Origin: Candidatus Latescibacterota bacterium | Lineage (GTDB): Bacteria > Krumholzibacteriota > Krumholzibacteriia > WVZY01 | DNA: 64,000 nt | Assembly: GCA_963791045.1 (NCBI GenBank) | Contig: CAWBQK010000006.1 | Location: 96,001-160,000 of the forward strand | Reading direction: 5' to 3' | Shown here: one piece after another, positions 57,937 to 64,000 of the stretch | Numbering within the stretch: the stretch's first letter is position 1 | How the letters are laid out: each line of letters begins with the position of its first letter | Translations under genes and position numbers: made by a program | The notes under the pieces: model-generated | What the model was told of the DNA's origin: nothing | Databases searched by the model: none | Seen by the model: the letters and a program-made list of their open reading frames with translations, nothing else

Positions 57937-59193
57937 TTAGTTGGTGACCTTGGGTACCCGCCGACTGAATACGATCAGCCAGACTATACTCAACACGAGA
58001 AGAAGCGCAACTCCCGCCAGAAATACATAAACAGTTTCCAGCGTGTGGCGCGTTTTAACATATCCAATCATATAGACTACGGTGGAGCCAATTCCAAAGT
58101 TCAGAATAAATTTGACCGCGAACCCGGTACTGCGCCATCGGGTTGGGGTAAATGCCGCAATCAAACTGTTCTCGATCGGCTGCATTCCGAGGCTGAACAG
58201 AATGTATAGTGCGGCGCAAATTGCTAGGAGGTAATCGGTTGTGAACGCCATCGCCAGAAGGAATGGGACGCCGAGTCCGTGAAACGCGAGGTAGGCGTAT
58301 CGAAGGTCGTACCTGTCGGCGACCCGCCCTCCGAGAATCTGGCCGAACATGCCCACGACAAGAACCAGTGACGTCAACAGTGTGGCGGCCAGCGTGCTCG
58401 TTCCCTGGGTTTTGACAAAAGCGAACGAGCCGATAAGTTCCTTGAAGAAATCCGCTTTCAACTCGAGATACGCGGGAAGCAGCACCATGTTTCCGCGGTA
58501 GGCGATTCCGGCGAACACCAGCGCAACGCACAGCACAACATAGTACTTGAGGTACTGGTTGTTGTTGTCCCCCTTGCGGCGCTCGTATGCCGTGACCGTC
58601 TCATCGATGCGGATTGTTCCGATGGCGAGCGTGAGTGCGATGGCAGAGAGCCCGAGAATTACGAATGCCGATTGCCAGCTGAACGCCCATGTAAGGATCC
58701 CGGTGAGAAGAGGGGCGGACGCGATCCCCAGGTTGCCCCATACGCCGTTGATCCCAAGCGCGTAACCACGTCTGCGGATCGTTCGCGATATGAGGGCGAG
58801 TCCGGCGGGGTGATAGATGCTCGCGCCAATTCCGACGAGCGTCAGACCCGCGGGAATCATGGTCGGCGATGCGAACAGTCCCGCCAACGTCAACCCCGTG
58901 CCCATCAGAACGACGCCGATGATGAGCATCTTTTTAGCCTGCCAACGGTCGACAATATACCCCGCGGGCAACGCCCCCAACCCGTAGAGTAAGTACATGA
59001 AAAAGCTTAGCTTGATCACGTCTTCGATGGGCATGCCCAGAGAGTTGACAATGGGCATTGTCACGGCTGGAAAGACGAGCACGAACATGTGAGTGAGAAA
59101 GTGACACACACATGTGAGCACGAGGATCCTCTTCTCGGGACCCGACAGGTCGCCTTTGTCGATCGGTTCCTGTATTTCAATGTTTTCCGTCAT
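57937..59193 (-). CDS. MFS transporter
   Basis: GYIVDRW, YHPAG, GGRVADRY, about 12 TM; AGAGG RBS before MTENIE. Confidence 0.9.
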   Translation of the reverse strand: MTENIEIQEPIDKGDLSGPEKRILVLTCVCHFLTHMFVLVFPAVTMPIVNSLGMPIEDVIKLSFFMYLLYGLGALPAGYIVDRWQAKKMLIIGVVLMGTGLTLAGLFASPTMIPAGLTLVGIGASIYHPAGLALISRTIRRRGYALGINGVWGNLGIASAPLLTGILTWAFSWQSAFVILGLSAIALTLAIGTIRIDETVTAYERRKGDNNNQYLKYYVVLCVALVFAGIAYRGNMVLLPAYLELKADFFKELIGSFAFVKTQGTSTLAATLLTSLVLVVGMFGQILGGRVADRYDLRYAYLAFHGLGVPFLLAMAFTTDYLLAICAALYILFSLGMQPIENSLIAAFTPTRWRSTGFAVKFILNFGIGSTVVYMIGYVKTRHTLETVYVFLAGVALLLVLSIVWLIVFSRRVPKVTN

Positions 59194-59343
59194 CGGTCCT
59201 CTGTGCGGGTTGTCGTACGCGGGTTGTTGAACATGCGAGTTTATGCTACGCTGGCCGTCTCTGCCATACTTTTTGTATCCCCGTTTTGTCCGGATGTGGC
59301 GCAAGGCCACGGTGTGATGGGTTGTTGGTGAGGAGGTTCGGAC

Positions 59344-61023
59344 ATGCACACGACTGTGTTTTCAGGATCCATACTGGGTGTCGAGGGTTTGACCGTGGAG
59401 GTCGAGGTCGATCTTGCGCGTGGCTTGCCCTGTTTTTCGATCGTGGGGCTGCCAAACACGGCAGTTCGTGAAAGCCGCGAACGGGTCACGGCGGCGATAA
59501 AGAACACCGAACTCGAGTTTCCACTCGAACGGATTACCGTTAACCTCGCGCCCGCCGATATAAAAAAAGAGGGGGCGGCGTTCGATCTGGCGATTGCGCT
59601 TGGGATCGTTCTGTCCATGGCGAGGAGAGACGCTTCGCTTGACGGCCCTCCGCCCGGCTGGCGAAACACACTTTTTCTGGGCGAACTCACCCTCGGTGGA
59701 CATCTCCGATGGGTCCGGGGCGTGCTACCCATCCTCCTGCACGCGCGGGAAAACGGTTTTGAGCGTGCGGTAATTCCACATGACAACTTTGCCGAGTCGT
59801 TGTCCGTTGAGGGGATCGAGGTGTTTGCGTGCAAAACGTTCAGGCGTGTTCTCGATCTCGTCGCCGAAGAGGCGCCTTCCGAACTTCGAGAATCTATCGG
59901 GCGAAGAGATCGTCGTTGTGCTCATGCCGATTCGGGGTCCTCGTCTGCCGACGTGACGGAGGTTCTCCACAAACCGGCCGAAGATACGTCTATTAGGCAC
60001 AATCTTCTGCCCGGCAATGACGGCGCGTCCGACCGTTTTGGCGACATGGTTGACGTCCTCGGGCAGGAATCGGTCAAGCGCGCGCTGCTCGTTGCGGCTG
60101 CGGGAGGTCACCACGTTCTCATGGTGGGTCCGCCGGGCGCGGGCAAGACGATGCTTGCCCGGCGATTCTGTTCAATTCTTCCCGGTCTCGAAGATCACTC
60201 GGCCCTTGAGACGACGATGATATACAGTACGGCCGGGTTGTTGAAAGGCGCAGGACTCGTGACCCGATCGCCGTTTCGGGCGCCCCATCACAGCGCGAGT
60301 GACGCCGGGCTCATCGGCGGTGGTATGGTTCCGCGCCCGGGCGAAGTGACTCTTGCACACAACGGCGTGTTGTTTCTCGATGAGCTCCCCGAATTCAAAC
60401 GTCACGTCCTCGAGACTCTCCGGGAACCGATCGAGGAGGGACGTATCACGATATCGCGGGCAAAAGGTACCGTGACTTTTCCCGCACGCTTTCAGCTGAT
60501 TGCCTCGATGAATCCGTGTCCGTGTGGAAACGCCAACAACAACGGAGGCGGGTGCCGGTGCCCCCAGCCCCTGATTGACCGTTACGTGGGCAAGATATCG
60601 GGGCCGCTTCTCGACCGGATATCAATCCATGTTTTTGTCCGCCCCGTCGAACTGTCGTCATTCTCCGGGGCACGGGGGGATTCGAGCGCGGACATGCAAA
60701 AGGAAATTCTGTGCGCGCGGCGGGCCCAGAGCGAGCGCAACGGAAAGTCACGAAGGACAACGGGTAAGGGGTTGTTCTCCAAACCGCCGTTTGCATTGAA
60801 TGCCCGCCTCTCCGAGAAACAAATGAAATTATTTTGCGGACTCGACCGGGATGGCGAGGCGCTTCTTATCAAGGCTCACAAGCAACTTGGAATCAGCGCG
60901 AGAGGCAGAGGCCACATACTGAGGGTCGCGAGGACCATTGCTGATCTCGAGTCGCTCGAGAGGATCGAAGCGCCGCATTTGGCGGAAGCGATACAGTACC
61001 GGATTCGTGAACTCAGGGTGTGA
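59344..61023 (+). CDS. comM: YifB/ComM Mg-chelatase-like AAA+ ATPase
   Basis: IVGLP..AVRESRERV, NLAPAD, GPPGAGKT, FRAPHHSAS, LFLDELPEF, NPCPCG, ARTIADL. Confidence 0.92.
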   Translation: MHTTVFSGSILGVEGLTVEVEVDLARGLPCFSIVGLPNTAVRESRERVTAAIKNTELEFPLERITVNLAPADIKKEGAAFDLAIALGIVLSMARRDASLDGPPPGWRNTLFLGELTLGGHLRWVRGVLPILLHARENGFERAVIPHDNFAESLSVEGIEVFACKTFRRVLDLVAEEAPSELRESIGRRDRRCAHADSGSSSADVTEVLHKPAEDTSIRHNLLPGNDGASDRFGDMVDVLGQESVKRALLVAAAGGHHVLMVGPPGAGKTMLARRFCSILPGLEDHSALETTMIYSTAGLLKGAGLVTRSPFRAPHHSASDAGLIGGGMVPRPGEVTLAHNGVLFLDELPEFKRHVLETLREPIEEGRITISRAKGTVTFPARFQLIASMNPCPCGNANNNGGGCRCPQPLIDRYVGKISGPLLDRISIHVFVRPVELSSFSGARGDSSADMQKEILCARRAQSERNGKSRRTTGKGLFSKPPFALNARLSEKQMKLFCGLDRDGEALLIKAHKQLGISARGRGHILRVARTIADLESLERIEAPHLAEAIQYRIRELRV

Positions 61024-61186
61024 AATCCTGTTCGACCTCGTGAATCGCGGGCCGACCGTGCGCGGTAAGGCAGCGTGCGAAAGCCGGACGAGACGGCTGA
61101 ATTCGTTTGGAATGAACAGGTTATTTCTGTATATTGGTCGGACTAATTGGCCGGAGTGGGTCGGTGGACCAATCAGGAGACAACGC

Positions 61187-61861
61187 GTGATCTCACGATT
61201 CAAAAATCAGAACGGCCGCAAGGTTGAGAAATACATGCGCGGGATGAGTAAAGCCGTGGGGTCCGATTTGCCATCGGTATCGACCATCGCCCGCAAGAAA
61301 CGCGATCCGTTCAGGATTTTGATTTCGACAGTTTTGAGTCTGAGGACGAAGGACGAGGTGACGATGGCTGCGTCAAAACGTCTTTTTGCAGTCGCCGTGA
61401 CGCCCGAGAGCCTGTCGCGGACGCCTGTTCGCGTGATCGAGAAAGCGATTTTTCCGGTCGGTTTTTACAAGACGAAAGCGCGGTCGATCAAGAACATCGC
61501 AAAACGATTGCTGAAGGAATACGACGGAACCGTCCCCGATACGATCGACGAACTCCTCACGTTCAAAGGCGTGGGACGGAAGACGGCGAATCTCGTGATA
61601 ACGCTTGGATATGGAAAGAAGGGGATTTGCGTCGACACACACGTTCATCGCGTGTCGAACCGTCTTGGGCTTATCGAAACGACGACGCCGGAGCAGACGG
61701 AATATGCCCTGATGGAAGTACTGCCCGATAAATACTGGATCGGTTACAACGAGCTGCTGGTGAGCTTTGGACAGAAGGTATGCAAGCCGATCTCCCCGCA
61801 CTGTTCGACATGCCCGCTCGAACGTTCCTGCCCCCAGATCAGCGTCGAAAAACACCGCTAG
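61187..61861 (+). CDS. nth: Endonuclease III
   Basis: LSLRTKD, FKGVGRKTAN HhH, VDTHVHRV, CKPISPHCSTCPLERSC 4Fe-4S motif; GTG start with AGGAG RBS. Confidence 0.93.
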   Translation: MISRFKNQNGRKVEKYMRGMSKAVGSDLPSVSTIARKKRDPFRILISTVLSLRTKDEVTMAASKRLFAVAVTPESLSRTPVRVIEKAIFPVGFYKTKARSIKNIAKRLLKEYDGTVPDTIDELLTFKGVGRKTANLVITLGYGKKGICVDTHVHRVSNRLGLIETTTPEQTEYALMEVLPDKYWIGYNELLVSFGQKVCKPISPHCSTCPLERSCPQISVEKHR

Positions 61862-61876
61862 ACCGCGCCGGACGAG

Positions 61877-62353
61877 TTATATTTTTTTGACGAGGATCAG
61901 GCGGTCGACGCCGTCGTCGTAGTAGTTTTGCTGGATGCCGAGAGATCTGAAACCGCGGTGGTAATAAAAGGCGCGGACCTTCTCGAACGGCTTGTATTTC
62001 ACCGTGTACGCAAGTGTCGATGCGATCAGCTTGTTGATTCCCTTGCGTTCAAGAAGACGTTCCAGTGTTTCGAGCATCATGCTGCCCAGGCCCAGGCCGT
62101 GGAAATCTTCCTTGATTCCCATCCACATGATTTCGGATGTCTGTGATTCCCGGCTTGCGTAGATGAGAAACCCGACGATTTCGTCTCCGAGCAGCCCGAC
62201 AAGCGCCGGGTGTTTGCTCATGCTCGACTCTATCATCGGAATCACATCTTCCGGAAAGAACTCGGCGAGAGAACGCGCGAGCGCGACTACGGAATCCTGG
62301 TCATTCGGAGTCATCGAACGGATGTGGAAAGGTTGTGTTGGTGTCGACTCCAT
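61877..62353 (-). CDS. GNAT family N-acetyltransferase
   Basis: IVGFL, FHGLGLGSMML acetyl-CoA motif, RAFY..RGF. Confidence 0.85.
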   Translation of the reverse strand: MESTPTQPFHIRSMTPNDQDSVVALARSLAEFFPEDVIPMIESSMSKHPALVGLLGDEIVGFLIYASRESQTSEIMWMGIKEDFHGLGLGSMMLETLERLLERKGINKLIASTLAYTVKYKPFEKVRAFYYHRGFRSLGIQQNYYDDGVDRLILVKKI

Positions 62354-62535
62354 TTGCTGTTCCTCAAAGTTTGACGTGTTTGGTCGTCGCGTATATGGCC
62401 AGGGGGGGCACTGTCCGTAGGTATTGTAAGTATCGACAGGGGTATTCGCAAACGGAAAACGCACGTTGATCCACAAAACACTTGCGTACAACGTGTTCCA
62501 GGTGTTAGAAATAGACGGTACACCCACGTCGGGTT

Positions 62536-62610
62536 GGGGGCTTAACTCAGCGGGAGAGTGCTACCTTCACACGGTAGAAGTCACTGGTTCAATCCCAGTA
62601 GCCCCCACCA
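62536..62610 (+). tRNA. tRNA-Val(CAC), CCA encoded
   Basis: GGGGGCT...CTACC-TTCACAC-GGTAG...ACTGG-TTCAATC-CCAGT-AGCCCCC-ACCA. Confidence 0.95.
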
Positions 62611-62669
62611 TTTTTCCCATCAAAATTCTGAAACGTTACCCCCGTTCGGTCGCCTTTGGTCGTCGATTT

Positions 62670-64000
62670 TCACCGCGGAATCACGATAGGTTGGCCGCTC
62701 TCGAGAACCTGCTTGAGATCTTGCGCCTTGCGCCGGAGTTCTCGGTCCGCCGTCGAGGTGAGAAGGAGATCGAGCAGCTGGACCGCTTCATCCCTTCGGT
62801 CTCCGTAACCCAGCGATAGTGCGCCGTAGAAAAGTGCGTCTTTGTTGTCCGGGGCGTACTGGAGAACCCGGTTGTACGCATTGAAAGCGTCATTGGGCCG
62901 CTCGAGCCGAAGAAGAGAATCACCGACACGAAGCCACGCATCTGTATACGCCGGTGCCTGGTCGAGGCAGTAACGCAGACGCCCGAGTGCGGCCTCTTCG
63001 TTTCCATTGTTTTGCGCGATGATGGCGGTTTGATAGGTCAGGAGAATGTCGACGACCCGGTTGTAGAACGAGTCGATTGTGTCTCCATGCGCGCCAAGGA
63101 TGCTTTTTTGATATATGGGCGGATGATCGGTGATAAATGCGGGCTGTGTCTCCGCGGTCACACGGAATAGTCGGTAATTGTTGTTTTGATAAACAAGTTG
63201 AAAGTGGCGGAGTGTCTCGGGCGCAAAGTGCATCCGGACCGCTGCCGTCGTCTCGGATACTTCGTTGGCCCCCGCCGCAAAACGCGGGGAATTCTTCGAT
63301 GAATCGAGAAGCATGTCGATTGAGTACAGCACATGGGTCGCACCCAGCGCTTCGCACATGGCGTACAGTCCGTCCTCGTCCCCGTAAAACGCGGCGAGGG
63401 CGCTGACAGTTTTTTGTGACATCGCGGCGGTGTGTATCCCCGGCGCGATGTTTGTTGCGCGGCCGCCAAATGTTGGAATGAGCGACGAGGCTTCGGGTGC
63501 GGCAAGAATGACATCACGCCGTGTGGAGGTTCGTGCCACAAGAAACCGTATCACGTCGCGGTCAGCGTTTCCCACGCCAATCCACACGAAGTCGCCGCTT
63601 CCCGAAGGCGGTATCCCGAGCATTCTTCCCGTCCACCCCGTTGTGTCCACAGTGCCTGCGGTGAACGGCAGGCTCGTTATCAGAATTGCCGCGGCGATGG
63701 CGGCGGGAAGCAACCTGGTTTTGATACGACTGCTGAATCCGCGAAACGCAACGGCTACAAACGGAAAGACGATCAGTGCTATGGCAAGTATCGCCCGCCG
63801 GTCGATCAAGAACAGCACGATGGCTCCGGCGACCGCCGCCAGCGCGGCCCAGAAGGGAAGCTTGTCCTCGTTCCGTATCGAACGCAGAGACACGACCGCC
63901 GGGACGGCGAGAAAAACCAACGGAAAGAAAATGGCGAATACGGTCAATATCGATGGAGAGGCATGGCTGTGTGTCCAGAGCGCACGAATTGACTCGGGAA
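62670..64000 (-). CDS. 3' part of a multi-TM protein with an STT3/GT-C-like soluble domain and C-terminal TPRs (continues beyond the window)
   Basis: TM helices, then DVILA...GGRAT...LGATHVLY...LVYQNNNYRLFRV, then about 3 TPRs. Confidence 0.6.
   Translation of the reverse strand, partial: PESIRALWTHSHASPSILTVFAIFFPLVFLAVPAVVSLRSIRNEDKLPFWAALAAVAGAIVLFLIDRRAILAIALIVFPFVAVAFRGFSSRIKTRLLPAAIAAAILITSLPFTAGTVDTTGWTGRMLGIPPSGSGDFVWIGVGNADRDVIRFLVARTSTRRDVILAAPEASSLIPTFGGRATNIAPGIHTAAMSQKTVSALAAFYGDEDGLYAMCEALGATHVLYSIDMLLDSSKNSPRFAAGANEVSETTAAVRMHFAPETLRHFQLVYQNNNYRLFRVTAETQPAFITDHPPIYQKSILGAHGDTIDSFYNRVVDILLTYQTAIIAQNNGNEEAALGRLRYCLDQAPAYTDAWLRVGDSLLRLERPNDAFNAYNRVLQYAPDNKDALFYGALSLGYGDRRDEAVQLLDLLLTSTADRELRRKAQDLKQVLESGQPIVIPR

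Noticed and set aside
60938-61186. N-terminal extension of the endonuclease III ORF
   Set aside because: Overlaps the comM 3' end; an AGGAG RBS points to GTG 61187.
62611-62670. tRNA-Val 3' end as an integration site
   Set aside because: No duplicate of the tRNA 3' end and no integrase seen in the window.
40404-64000. High-GC half as a genomic island or prophage
   Set aside because: No integrase, att repeats or phage genes; it carries housekeeping genes and begins mid-gene, so a chimera is the simpler explanation.

Overview
The window appears to join two unrelated bacterial sequences at about nt 40404-40408. The left part (1-40403; by eye mid-40s % GC) reads like Anaerolineae/Chloroflexota housekeeping DNA. 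It holds a cyclase-AAA fusion, two moeA paralogs, a PPi-type pfk, a TPR/C25-peptidase operon, rplY, mnmA-iscS, pgm-tatD-polyprenyl synthase, ProDH, alr, tRNA-Pro(CGG), a rhomboid, an Flp pilin, proS and a fadN-fadA-SCP2 cluster whose fadN is cut off. The right part (40404-64000; by eye upper-50s % GC) reads like an FCB-group bacterium (Latescibacterota/Krumholzibacteriota-like, by inference). It holds a 5'-truncated beta-helix/FlgD-Ig surface protein, NSS, NhaC and MFS transporters, a histone-H1-like protein, pdaD-speB, comM/yifB, nth and tRNA-Val(CAC). Many genes, including proS, carry small indels typical of uncorrected long reads. The most interesting signals are missed by the ORF track: (1) a deiodinase-like selenoprotein with an in-frame UGA (FGSFT-U-PPY) and a SECIS-like hairpin; (2) an rplY leader containing a 5S rRNA loop-E mimic; (3) a LexA-type box inside the promoter of an uncharacterised membrane protein; (4) a sigma-54-type promoter ahead of a giant-TPR plus caspase-fold peptidase operon; (5) a candidate Pro-codon leader-peptide attenuator before proS. 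I saw no CRISPR array, rRNA or mobile element.
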